From Ignicoccus pacificus DSM 13166 (GTDB lineage Archaea; Thermoproteota; Thermoprotei_A; Sulfolobales; Ignicoccaceae): a stretch of 32,000 nt of DNA. A model generated the notes under the pieces. The model saw nothing but the letters and a program-made list of their open reading frames with translations. It did no database searches and was not told where the DNA came from. The stretch's first letter is position 1. Each line of letters starts with the position of its first letter. Of this stretch, positions 9,053-18,075 are shown piece after piece. The translations under genes and the position numbers were made by a program. Location: assembly GCA_025340205.1 (NCBI GenBank), contig CP006868.1, forward strand, positions 30,001-62,000, given 5' to 3'.

Positions 9053-9430
9053 ATGCTTCCCTTCGGGTTTGGAGGAAAATCCTTAGAAAAGATGTTGAAG
9101 AAGGCTGGGATAAAGATGTATGAAATTGCAGACGCTAGGAGGGTAATCATTGAAACTGATGAGGAGAAGATAATTATTGAGGACCCCAAGGTAATAGAAA
9201 TTGAAATACCAGGAAATCCTAAGGCATACCAAGTGGTTGCCCCTGAGGTTAAGGTGGTGAAGAAGGAGGAGGAAGAGAAGAAGGAGGTTGAGGTGGAAAT
9301 AAGTGAAGAAGACATCAAGTTAGTAGCGGAGGAAACCGGTTGTAGCGAGGAGGAAGCCAGGAAAGCCTTGGAGGAAACCAAAGGAGACATAGCTGAAGCC
9401 ATAGTTAAGCTTCAAGAGAAGGGATGTTAA
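9053..9430 (+). CDS. nac: Nascent polypeptide-associated complex protein (archaeal NAC)
   Basis: NAC domain followed by UBA domain (VKLVAEETGCSEEEARKALEETKGDIAEAIVKLQEKG). Confidence 0.92.
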   Translation: MLPFGFGGKSLEKMLKKAGIKMYEIADARRVIIETDEEKIIIEDPKVIEIEIPGNPKAYQVVAPEVKVVKKEEEEKKEVEVEISEEDIKLVAEETGCSEEEARKALEETKGDIAEAIVKLQEKGC

Positions 9431-10137
9431 CGGGAATCGAGAGAGCGGAGGGCATCTATTAAGTCAGACACGCTATCCGCGAGAGAAACTATCACCGGGA
9501 TTCCCTCTTTTTCAGCTATTCTGACGCTCAACCTGTCTAGCATTACGGGTTTGTGAAGGACAACTAAGCTGGGCTTCCAGTAAGAAACTCTTATTGCTAC
9601 CATTGGTGGCCTTCCCGTACCAACCCTCGTGAAGACGACGACTTTCTTGTACGACATCCCCATTAGCACAGTGAAATCCTTAGCGTCCAATTCCTCTATC
9701 GTTTTCAAACTATCCATTACCAAATAACCATAAACGGTTTCTGTGGGTTTGAAGGTAGAGTTTAGCAAATACCCCTTAGTCGCCGTCAGGATCTCTTCAA
9801 AGGTTACAGCCCTTTTGTACTCCCAAAGGTCGATCGCTTGCGCGCTTATACCGAAGAACCTTTGGGCCAAAAGTCTCGTTACCCTCCATCCTCTCATGTG
9901 GTCTATTTCAAGAAGTGCGTTAACGTACCTCTTGATAAACTTGCTTCCCGGGACTCTCTTTCCCTTTTCGTAATCGCTTATGACGCTTGGAGCGACACTC
10001 ATTACCTTAGAGACCTCAGTTTGAGTGACTTCGAATATTTCCCTCCATTTCTTCATCGCTCTTCCGGGTTCGTCGGCTAAGGCGATCTCACCGGCTATAC
10101 GCTTTGCCACTTCTTGGATGACAAAGGGTGGGAGCAA
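9427..10137 (-). CDS. HTH (XRE-type) transcriptional regulator, COG1709-like
   Basis: MKKWREIFEVTQTEVSKVMSVAPSVISDYEKGKRVPGSKFIKRYVNALL HTH plus C-terminal domain (VMGMSYKKVVVFTRVGTGRPPMVAIRVSYWKPSLVVLH); TTG start. Confidence 0.8.
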   Translation of the reverse strand: MLPPFVIQEVAKRIAGEIALADEPGRAMKKWREIFEVTQTEVSKVMSVAPSVISDYEKGKRVPGSKFIKRYVNALLEIDHMRGWRVTRLLAQRFFGISAQAIDLWEYKRAVTFEEILTATKGYLLNSTFKPTETVYGYLVMDSLKTIEELDAKDFTVLMGMSYKKVVVFTRVGTGRPPMVAIRVSYWKPSLVVLHKPVMLDRLSVRIAEKEGIPVIVSLADSVSDLIDALRSLDSR

Positions 10138-10180
10138 CGTATATGGACCCTGAGGAGGGGAGGAAGGGCTATTTAATGAA

Positions 10181-10294
10181 TGGTGGGCCCGCCGGGATTT
10201 GAACCCGGGGCCACGGGGACCCGAGTCGGGCGCCGACCCAAGAAGCGGGGTGGCGGCGTACCCCGCATCCTAGTCCAAGCTAGACGACGGGCCC
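10181..10294 (-). tRNA. tRNA-Pro with intron sequence in the anticodon arm (CCA encoded)
   Basis: Minus strand GGGCCCG...CGGGCCC acceptor + A + CCA; T-arm CCGGG-TTCAAAT-CCCGG; anticodon stem CGGGG/CCCCG; about 35 nt more than a 7-nt loop permits. Candidate loops CTCGGGT (CGG) or CTTGGGT (UGG), both proline. Confidence 0.85.
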
Positions 10295-10359
10295 AGCCGT
10301 GGGTTGCACGCTCCAGATACCTTAAAAGTATTGTGCGCAGGAAAGGTCTCGGTAATCCG

Positions 10360-11910
10360 ATGAAAGTTAAGGTACTGGTGCTTAGCGGAGGAGATGATGT
10401 CTTTAAGGGCCTTAAAAGGATAGATAAAGATAGTATCTATAAGGCTCTAGAAGAAGGAAGTGTGATAGTGGTTGGCGAGGCGGATGAAATAGTATCATTT
10501 GTTAATGAATTAAACAGTCCTTATTGGCATCGCTTGTTTCTCTGTCCGATAGGATGTAACGAGGCTCTGATCGAAGCCCTGGCGAAAAGCGCTGAAGATT
10601 GGAAATATGATTATTCAGTTCAGCTAAAACCGGCGAAAATCGCCAAGGAGAAGGTGAATAGAAAGGAATTCTTGAGAGAGCTCTTCAAGGTTGTCGTAAG
10701 AGGCGGGGTTATTCCGCTTCCATCCCACTACATATCGGCTAGATGCGCTTCTCCTTATTGTATGGAATGTAAGTCCGTATGTCCTACGAATGCTGTAATC
10801 TTGAAGGATAGGCACGTCATAGTAGATCCCGACAAGTGTACGGGTTGTGGCAAGTGCGTGCTCGCCTGCCCCACTCGATCTCTTTACATGCCGGGCCTTG
10901 ATGAAAGAACCGTAGTCAAGGCTCTAAAGGTCTACGGTGAAAGTATCAGCAAAGTTGTCTTTGTGAAGAAGGATATGCTAAAAAGAGAACATCTGAATCC
11001 AACTTGGTTGACCTTATTATGGTTAGAAAGAGATGAGGTATTAGAGAAGTACATAAGGAGAAGCCTCAGAAAAGAGACATGCTTTAATGATGAATGCTAT
11101 TCTCCTGAAGAAATCGAAGCGGAGGATTGCAAGCTCTTAAACGAACTGTTCTCGATAGATGAATACTTGTATGAATTAATTAAGTTTGGCGTGTTTGAGA
11201 GGAGATATCTCGTTGAAATTGATCAAGATCTATGTACCCTGTGCTCCGAGTGTGTGAGGGCATGTCCTACGGGAGCATTAGAGGAGACTTACCTAGCTAT
11301 TGATCAGAAAGCAATAGCGTTCAACCCGTTCTCATGCGTGGGTTGTCAAGCTTGCGCGAGGGCATGTCCTCCCGAAAGGGAGATTATGAAATTGAAGATA
11401 CCAATTCATGTTATACAAGTCAAAGAGACGAAGGAGATCAATTGTGAAAAGATGACGCTAGTAGTAGAGGGACAGAAAGGCTTCAAGTGTTTCCTTTGTG
11501 GAAGGAACATTATCGTACCAGAAAGTAACTATATGAACCTTTACAATTCAATAAATATCTTGGTAAACAACTACGTAAAACAAGGACTAAAAGAGGAAGA
11601 GATAATAGAGAAACTTTTCGATGTCTTGAGTTTATCAATAAGCGAGGTTCTGTGTGAAGATTGTAAGAGAAACTTAGCTATGGCGTTGAAGAAGATGAGC
11701 GAGGCGGGGAAGCACGTTGCCCTTGAGAGGCTCGTGTTGAAGCTGCTGGTGTTGTACTTATCGTGTCTTCAGAGGAAGCGTAACCTCTTTCCGCAAGATA
11801 TACTGGAAAATGAGAACGTGAGGAAGCTCTTCAAGTTGGAATGGGTAAGGGATCCTTGCGAGGAATGGGAAAATGTGAGAAGGGTGATAGACCTCAAGAG
11901 GCTAGGGTAA
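10360..11910 (+). CDS. Multi-[4Fe-4S] ferredoxin-like protein of unknown function (start revised from 10180 to ATG 10360)
   Basis: CASPYCMECKSVCP, CTGCGKCVLACP, CTLCSECVRACP, CVGCQACARACP, then CFLC...CEDC pairs. ATG at 10360 gives MKVKVLVLSGGDDVFKGL. Confidence 0.85.
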   Translation: MKVKVLVLSGGDDVFKGLKRIDKDSIYKALEEGSVIVVGEADEIVSFVNELNSPYWHRLFLCPIGCNEALIEALAKSAEDWKYDYSVQLKPAKIAKEKVNRKEFLRELFKVVVRGGVIPLPSHYISARCASPYCMECKSVCPTNAVILKDRHVIVDPDKCTGCGKCVLACPTRSLYMPGLDERTVVKALKVYGESISKVVFVKKDMLKREHLNPTWLTLLWLERDEVLEKYIRRSLRKETCFNDECYSPEEIEAEDCKLLNELFSIDEYLYELIKFGVFERRYLVEIDQDLCTLCSECVRACPTGALEETYLAIDQKAIAFNPFSCVGCQACARACPPEREIMKLKIPIHVIQVKETKEINCEKMTLVVEGQKGFKCFLCGRNIIVPESNYMNLYNSINILVNNYVKQGLKEEEIIEKLFDVLSLSISEVLCEDCKRNLAMALKKMSEAGKHVALERLVLKLLVLYLSCLQRKRNLFPQDILENENVRKLFKLEWVRDPCEEWENVRRVIDLKRLG

Positions 11911-11977
11911 AGCCCCAAGGTACCCTAGTTACGAGAGAGTTTTACGGGCTTCCTCCACCCAATCGTGGAGATAAGTA

Positions 11978-13255
11978 ATGGCTGGAATAGCAGCGGTGCT
12001 GGCCTTCGATCCAGCATGGAACGTCGCCAGATTCAACTACTATTCTCTCCTAGCCCTTCAACACAGGGGACAAGAAGAGGCGTGTATGTTCATATCTGAT
12101 GGAAGCAGGATAGAATGGGTTTGTGGCAAAGGTTTTGTCGATGAAGTCTTACCTCAAGCCACCAAGATAAGCGGATGGGCCGCCATCGGAGGAGTCTGGA
12201 GCGAGTCCCCTGGTTATCATGGCTTTGCTGAAGGTGATGGAGAAGTAGCCGTAGTGATCGATGGAAAATTGTTCAGCAAGACACCCGAAGAGCTAGCCAA
12301 GGAGATATTGAAGGCTAAAGCTGAAGGTCTTGAAGGAATAGAAATAGCAAAGAAGGTGTTTCCCAAGTTCTCCGGTACTTATTCAGCCCTAGCTCTAACA
12401 TCGGATGGAGAAATACTAGCTTATCGCTCCCCTCCTGCCGTAAGGCCTCTCCAACTTGGCGGATTCGGATTCGATATGGCTGTGTTCGCTTCAGAGAGTG
12501 TGGCGTTTGACGTCATCGGTGCCGATCTAAAGAAAGACCTTGAGGTAGGGGAGGCATTTTACGTAAGTCAACTACTGATGGAGCACGAGGTTCTGATTAA
12601 GGCAAAGAAGAAACTATGTGTATTTGAGTATATCTACAACGCTAGGCCAGATTCTGTGATAGATGGAATCGAAGTTTATGAGGTAAGGGAGAGGCTAGGA
12701 AAGAGACTCGCTGAACTCTATCCTAGAGATGTGGACACTGTGGTAGGGGTCCCAGAAACCGCCATTCCGTTCGCCATAGGTTACAGCAAGACCTCCGGTA
12801 AGGACTATCGCTTAGGCTTCGTTCCTACGGGAAGGAAGGCCAGAACCGCTATTAGGCCCGATCTAATGGAGAGAGTTATAGGCGTACAGTTGAAGCTCAA
12901 TCCTATAAGATCAACCTTCAGAAAGAAGAGAGTATTAATAATAGATGATAGCGTAGTGAGAGGACTCACGTTGAAGACCGTTATTCAGACGCTGAAGAAC
13001 AGAGTGGGCGTAGTTTCCATAGACGTTCTTATAGGTAGCCCTAAGATAGTAGCCCCTTGTCACTACGGCGTCGAGGTACCGCCAACGGACCAACTAATAG
13101 CGGCGAAGATGAGCGATGAGGAGATAGCGAAGTACATTGGAGCGAGAAGCATAGCATGGTTGCCCGTTGAAGAACTGCCCAAGATAGTGGGGGTTCCGGA
13201 GGAAGAACTATGTATGGCTTGCTTCACAGGTAAGTATCCCGTGGAAAACAAATAA
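11978..13255 (+). CDS. purF: Amidophosphoribosyltransferase homologue (PurF) with degenerate glutaminase domain
   Basis: LLALQHRGQEEA, ASESVAFDVIGA, VIGVQLKLNPIRSTFRKKRVLIIDDSVVRGLT (PRPP site), CMACFTGKYPV; N-terminus is MAGIAAVL, not MCGI. Confidence 0.88.
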   Translation: MAGIAAVLAFDPAWNVARFNYYSLLALQHRGQEEACMFISDGSRIEWVCGKGFVDEVLPQATKISGWAAIGGVWSESPGYHGFAEGDGEVAVVIDGKLFSKTPEELAKEILKAKAEGLEGIEIAKKVFPKFSGTYSALALTSDGEILAYRSPPAVRPLQLGGFGFDMAVFASESVAFDVIGADLKKDLEVGEAFYVSQLLMEHEVLIKAKKKLCVFEYIYNARPDSVIDGIEVYEVRERLGKRLAELYPRDVDTVVGVPETAIPFAIGYSKTSGKDYRLGFVPTGRKARTAIRPDLMERVIGVQLKLNPIRSTFRKKRVLIIDDSVVRGLTLKTVIQTLKNRVGVVSIDVLIGSPKIVAPCHYGVEVPPTDQLIAAKMSDEEIAKYIGARSIAWLPVEELPKIVGVPEEELCMACFTGKYPVENK

Positions 13256-13287
13256 GGGACTGAGCGCGTTCGCTTTACGGTGCTATC

Positions 13288-13695
13288 GTGAAAGGAAAGA
13301 AGAATAACAATGTGAAGTTTCTAATACTCTCGTTCTCCATGTTCGTACTGTTCGCGGCCGTAGGACTCTACGCTACCTCCAGTTCCTCCTACTTGGACAT
13401 CTCAGAGCTTCTCCATAAGAGACCCGGCGTCTACATGGTCAGGGGAATAGTCGACTCATGGAAGGTCGAGGGAAATAACCTCGTAGTAGTACTTAAGGGC
13501 AAGGATGGTAGCAAGGTCTTAGCATATGTGCCGATAAGCTATATAGAGAGAAAGTATGGACCACTAAACCAAGTGATAATAAACAAAGGAGGCGAAATGG
13601 TAGTTAAGGGTTATTGGAACGGCAAGACCTTCGAAGTCAGTGACATTCTGAAGGGTTGTCATAGCGCATATCAGCAGCCCACCGCCAGCACCTAA
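13288..13695 (+). CDS. CcmE-like periplasmic/extracytoplasmic heme chaperone (CxxxY type)
   Basis: N-terminal TM anchor, OB-fold-like beta region (YMVRGIVDSWKVEGNNLVVVLKGKDG...VVKGYWNGKTFEVSDIL) ending KGCHSAYQQP; adjacent to CcmB-like gene. Confidence 0.7.
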   Translation: MKGKKNNNVKFLILSFSMFVLFAAVGLYATSSSSYLDISELLHKRPGVYMVRGIVDSWKVEGNNLVVVLKGKDGSKVLAYVPISYIERKYGPLNQVIINKGGEMVVKGYWNGKTFEVSDILKGCHSAYQQPTAST

Positions 13696-13711
13696 ACAGG
13701 GAAGTTACACA

Positions 13712-14371
13712 TTGAGGTCGTTTCTTAGCTTAGTACTCAAGGACGTAAAGGAGGAGACGAGGAGGCCTCATGAACCTCTAGCGCTGGCATCCTTGGCAGC
13801 AGCCTTTGCCCTTCCAATATCATACCTAATTTCTGGACCGGGTACAACGGTCAACGGAATTGTTGAAGCATCAAACCTAGTAGTTATAGGACAAATAGCC
13901 TTGACCATTTTAATAACATCACTTCTCGGATTCCTATTAATTATAAGGGAGGCCGAGAGAGGAACCATTTACGCTCTAAAGTTGGCACCCATAACTCCCG
14001 AGGTAATGTTCCTCTCCAAAGTATTAGTGATATTCATATTCATGGTTCCTCTAAGCTTAGTTTACTTGTTCGTCACGAGCTTCTTAGGTGCTATGAGCTT
14101 TGTAACCTTAAATTACTTGGTATACATCTTATCGCTGAGTCTCTATATGTCCGCATTAGGCTCATTGGTTTCGTTCATGATAATATATACGGACGTGGGT
14201 ACCTTGCTCGCCTCTGTAGCGATAGCTGCCCTCTCAGCACCTTACTTGTTTAGCACCGCTCCTACTGCTGTTGATTGTATAGTAGGGTCTCCTTCTCTGG
14301 GCTTCGTGTACCCATCCGTAGCGTTCCTCGTATTAGCGACCTTGTTAGGTAAATTCCTAATAGAACTATGA
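13712..14371 (+). CDS. CcmB-like heme exporter membrane protein
   Basis: 219 aa, starts FLSLVLKDVKEETRRPHEPL, about 6 TMs, REAERGTIYALKLAPITPEVMFLSKV resembles CcmB (E--GTL-AL-LSP). Confidence 0.75.
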   Translation: MRSFLSLVLKDVKEETRRPHEPLALASLAAAFALPISYLISGPGTTVNGIVEASNLVVIGQIALTILITSLLGFLLIIREAERGTIYALKLAPITPEVMFLSKVLVIFIFMVPLSLVYLFVTSFLGAMSFVTLNYLVYILSLSLYMSALGSLVSFMIIYTDVGTLLASVAIAALSAPYLFSTAPTAVDCIVGSPSLGFVYPSVAFLVLATLLGKFLIEL

Positions 14372-14460
14372 TTTGGTATATATTGCTAATATAGTTCAAT
14401 TCACTTAATCATGCAGAAATCCGTAGCTCTTTTATCAATAGACCCCGCCCCCATCTGGGG

Positions 14461-16584
14461 GTGTACACAAAAGTGGAGGCTACTGTTCATCCGGTCCAAC
14501 CAACGCACGCCGTCCAGCCCGCTCCGATGGAGCTAGCGATAGCCTCGTTAGTACCCATAGCGATACCCTTGATAATGAGCATAGTTGTTCTTACTAGCCC
14601 TCTTTACAAGAAGTTCAAATATAAACCATCTTGGGCAGGCAATAGGGATGACTGGTGGGAGTGGAGCTTAGCAGTAATAACGGGCGGAATAGTAGTTCTC
14701 TCCTCCTTCGTTCTCGTAAGCTATGGATTCGGGCATTCATACTTAGCTAAATTCTACGATTGGTATCCCCTCCCCGGTAGCGACAATTACTTCGCATTGT
14801 ACATAGATACAATTTCGTCAGTAATGGCTTTAGTCGTATCCATAATCACCTTCTTGGACCTTGTGTACAGCTGGGAGTACATGGCTGGTGCTAGAGGTCC
14901 TAATAGGTACTATAGTGAAATGCTTCTCTTCCTCGCAGCCATGGAAGGTATAGTGTTGTCAGCCAATATAATACTGATACTGTTGTTCTGGGAGCTGGTG
15001 GGAGCAGCCTCCTTCTTGCTAATATCCTATTACTGGTATGATCCAAAGATAGGACCCAATGCAGTTAGAGCTGGTAGGAAGGCTATTCTTGTAACTAGAA
15101 TAGCAGATCTGTTCTTCCTAGCTGGAGTTGGTGCCTTAGTGGCTCTCGCTGGTACGGGTAACTTCTTACACTTAGCCAATGACGTTTATCTAATCCATAA
15201 CAAGTGGCTCGGAGCGGTAGCCCTAACTGCTATACTCTTTGGCATAACCATAGGCGCCCTCGGAAAGAGCGCTCAGATACCCTTCTGGCCTTGGCTATCA
15301 GATGCCATGGAAGGACCGACTACCGTCTCGGCGGTCCTTCACTCGGCAACGATGGTCGCAGCAGGTGCTTACCTAATAGCTAGGTTATTCCCATTGTACG
15401 ACATGTATATAATGTATAACCTAACGTTGATGGACTTCATTGCCGTTATCGGTGCTATAACGGCCTTCGTTGCCGGACTCTTCGGAGCGGCGGCTAGGGA
15501 CATAAAGAAGGTCATCGCGTTCTCAACGATGAGCCAACTAGGCTACATGTTCTCAGCTCTAGGACTAGGGAGCTTACTAGCCGGAGCTGCTCACCTCTAC
15601 ATCCACGCATTCTTCAAGGCACTACTCTTCCTTGGAGCCGGTGCAGTAATCCATTCCCTAGAGCACATCCTTCACGATCCCTACGAGGCCAGAGACATGT
15701 TCAACATGGGTGGACTCTGGAAGTACATGAAAATAACGTTCGTGACAACTCTGATAGCCCTACTGAGCCTAGTCGGGATACCTCCCTTTGCCGGTTGGTG
15801 GTCGAAGGAGCTAATAATCGAAAGTGCGGTCACCAGCCCAGTCCCCCATGCCTTGATAGCCGGCGTATTGCTAACTCTCGCCGCGGGCCTTACTGGATTC
15901 TATAGTGGAAGGTTGCTCTACTTAACGTTCTTTGGTAGAGAGAGATGGAAGGAAAAGCATCCAGAGGCACACGTTCATGAAGCCGGTCCTGCGATGAGGT
16001 TCGCTCTAGTGGCAATGGCGCTGATAGTGTTAATCTCTGGTCCAACTATAGTGCTTAATCTAGAACAAGTCATACACGTAACTCATGAAGTGCATAGAGA
16101 ATTACCGATAAGCCTCGGGAACACCGCTCTCACCTTAGCGATAATAGGTTTCCTATTACCAATCGCGTACTATGGAACTTTAGGAGTGGCGGAGAGGAGA
16201 GGAATACTCCACAAGCTTTGGTATCCGTTCTATAAGGAGTTCTGGTTCCACGAGTTCTTCCACGGCATAGCGAGGTTCTGGATAAGGGCAGTAGCGGGCT
16301 TTACGGATATGGTAGAGAAAGCCTATACTAAGTTCTTGGTTACCACGGCGTTTGCTATAGGAAGGACTTACGCTTGGGTTTGGGCTCTGAGCGTTAGACT
16401 AGCTGATGAAGAGTATTGGGACGTAAAGGTAATAGATGGTTTTGGTCGTCTAACCGCAAGACTTGGAAGAGCTCTCTGGAGACTTCAATCAGGGGATATA
16501 AACCTATACCTCGCATTAGCGGTGGCTGGATTCGCCGTGTTGATGTTCATCACACTAATACTGGTCGTAGGAGTGGGGTGGTAA
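14461..16584 (+). CDS. nuoL: NADH dehydrogenase-like (complex I/antiporter-like) subunit L
   Basis: GALGKSAQIPFWPWLSDAMEGPTTVSAVLHSATMVAAGAYL, AFSTMSQLGYM, HAFFKALLFLGAGAVIH; C-terminal lateral-helix-like extension. Start uncertain (GTG 14461, GTG 14473 or ATG 14527). Confidence 0.95.
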   Translation: MYTKVEATVHPVQPTHAVQPAPMELAIASLVPIAIPLIMSIVVLTSPLYKKFKYKPSWAGNRDDWWEWSLAVITGGIVVLSSFVLVSYGFGHSYLAKFYDWYPLPGSDNYFALYIDTISSVMALVVSIITFLDLVYSWEYMAGARGPNRYYSEMLLFLAAMEGIVLSANIILILLFWELVGAASFLLISYYWYDPKIGPNAVRAGRKAILVTRIADLFFLAGVGALVALAGTGNFLHLANDVYLIHNKWLGAVALTAILFGITIGALGKSAQIPFWPWLSDAMEGPTTVSAVLHSATMVAAGAYLIARLFPLYDMYIMYNLTLMDFIAVIGAITAFVAGLFGAAARDIKKVIAFSTMSQLGYMFSALGLGSLLAGAAHLYIHAFFKALLFLGAGAVIHSLEHILHDPYEARDMFNMGGLWKYMKITFVTTLIALLSLVGIPPFAGWWSKELIIESAVTSPVPHALIAGVLLTLAAGLTGFYSGRLLYLTFFGRERWKEKHPEAHVHEAGPAMRFALVAMALIVLISGPTIVLNLEQVIHVTHEVHRELPISLGNTALTLAIIGFLLPIAYYGTLGVAERRGILHKLWYPFYKEFWFHEFFHGIARFWIRAVAGFTDMVEKAYTKFLVTTAFAIGRTYAWVWALSVRLADEEYWDVKVIDGFGRLTARLGRALWRLQSGDINLYLALAVAGFAVLMFITLILVVGVGW

Positions 16585-16587
16585 GCC

Positions 16588-18075
16588 ATGTGTAACGTAC
16601 TACTATCAATAATCTTGGCGGCTATAGGTTCCGTCGCTGTGCTATTAGTAAACGAGAAGAGGGCAAAGCACTTAGCAATGATACTTACTATAATAATAGC
16701 GTTGTTATTAGCACAACCGATAATAGAAGGCGTAAGTAAGCCTTACACTGAGAATTACGTTTTACCCGGACTTCACGCTATCGGTGCTGACTTCCAGATT
16801 AGAGTAGATGCGCTCTCCGCACTCTTCTTAGCGATAACCGGCCTGGTCTTCATAGCAGTTGCTTGGGCAGCTAGCTGGGAGATCGAGGATAGGCCCAAGC
16901 TATACTTGGCGCTGATGCTAGCTTCGGAAGCCGCTCTAATAGGGGTCTTCAGCGCTTGGAACCTCTTCTGGTTCTACTTGTTCTGGGAGTTCACGCTGCT
17001 GCCAATGTTCGTACATATACTCTACTGGGGAGGCGAGAGGAGAGTCTACGCCGCCTACAAGTTCTTCGTTTATACACAAATAGGAGGTCTGATGCTACTA
17101 GTGGCCATAGCCCTCGGCTGGCTCTACGGAGCTCACAGCTTCAACTTAACGGACTTCGCCGCCGGAATTACCGTGGCCCCCGACTGGGTCAAGGCTGCCT
17201 TCGCTTGGTTAACGTTAATAGCGTTCTTCATCAAGATGCCGGTACCTCCATTCCACACTTGGCTTCCAGCAGCACACGTCGAGGCACCCAGTCCAAGCTC
17301 GGTAATACTGGCATCATTGATGCTAAAGATGGGAGGTTACGCATTCATAAGAATAACTCTAGGAATGGTGCCATACATGCTCAGCATGTATCTACCCTTC
17401 ATAGGAATGTGGGCAGCTCTGGCGGCTGCTTACGCCGCCACTGTAGCTATAGCGCAAGAAGACTTCAAGAGAGTTGTAGCGTACACCAGTATAAGCCACA
17501 TGAGCATGTCTACAATAGGAGCCGCTATCTGGGCGATGGGAATGGGTAACGCCTCCTACTTAGGCTTCGTGGGAGCAGTATTCGAGATGATATCCCACAG
17601 CTTCGTCGTAGGGGCTCTGTTCTTGCTGAGCGGAGTGATAAAGCACTATGCCCATACTAGGAGGATACCCAGCATAAGAGGTCTAGCATTCGTGGTGCCG
17701 ATACTAAGCTCTGTCATAATGATCGCAATATTCGCCGGCTTCGGATTACCGGGAACCTCCGGCTATCCCGCCGAGCTAAGCCTAGTTGCCTCTGCTGCTG
17801 GAATGGCTAAGGTAACTAGTGCTGGTGTGATAGTGTTAGCATTCCTACTGTTGGCTATAGCCACCGTGACCGGCTACTTAGTGTGGGATGCTCAGAGAAT
17901 GCTGTTCACTAAGCCACCGATAAAGATAAGCGAAGTTAAGTTCTATCATATAGGTCCTATACTGTATCTACTGGCCATAAGCATTATCATAGGTGTGCTA
18001 CCGTTCCTAGTGATGGGACCGCTTAAGATAGCTGTCACTCAAACACCAATCAACTTAGCTGGGGTGATAGGATGA
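16588..18075 (+). CDS. nuoM: NADH dehydrogenase-like subunit M
   Basis: FYLFWEFTLLPMFVHILYWGG, FFIKMPVPPFHTWLPAAHVEAPSPSSVILASLMLKMGGYAFIRI, AYTSISHMSM. Confidence 0.95.
   Translation: MCNVLLSIILAAIGSVAVLLVNEKRAKHLAMILTIIIALLLAQPIIEGVSKPYTENYVLPGLHAIGADFQIRVDALSALFLAITGLVFIAVAWAASWEIEDRPKLYLALMLASEAALIGVFSAWNLFWFYLFWEFTLLPMFVHILYWGGERRVYAAYKFFVYTQIGGLMLLVAIALGWLYGAHSFNLTDFAAGITVAPDWVKAAFAWLTLIAFFIKMPVPPFHTWLPAAHVEAPSPSSVILASLMLKMGGYAFIRITLGMVPYMLSMYLPFIGMWAALAAAYAATVAIAQEDFKRVVAYTSISHMSMSTIGAAIWAMGMGNASYLGFVGAVFEMISHSFVVGALFLLSGVIKHYAHTRRIPSIRGLAFVVPILSSVIMIAIFAGFGLPGTSGYPAELSLVASAAGMAKVTSAGVIVLAFLLLAIATVTGYLVWDAQRMLFTKPPIKISEVKFYHIGPILYLLAISIIIGVLPFLVMGPLKIAVTQTPINLAGVIG

Noticed and set aside
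10180-10359. N-terminal 60 aa of ORF 10180..11910 (MVGPPGFEPGATGTRVG...)
   Set aside because: It is read across the antisense strand of the tRNA-Pro gene; MVGPPGFEPG is a well-known false translation of tRNA 3' ends. ATG 10360 is the better start.
11978-11986. Possibility that PurF lacks Cys1 only because of a mis-called start
   Set aside because: The GI that follows Cys1 in normal PurF is present directly after ATG GCT; no Cys codon can be placed at position 1 or 2 by moving the start.
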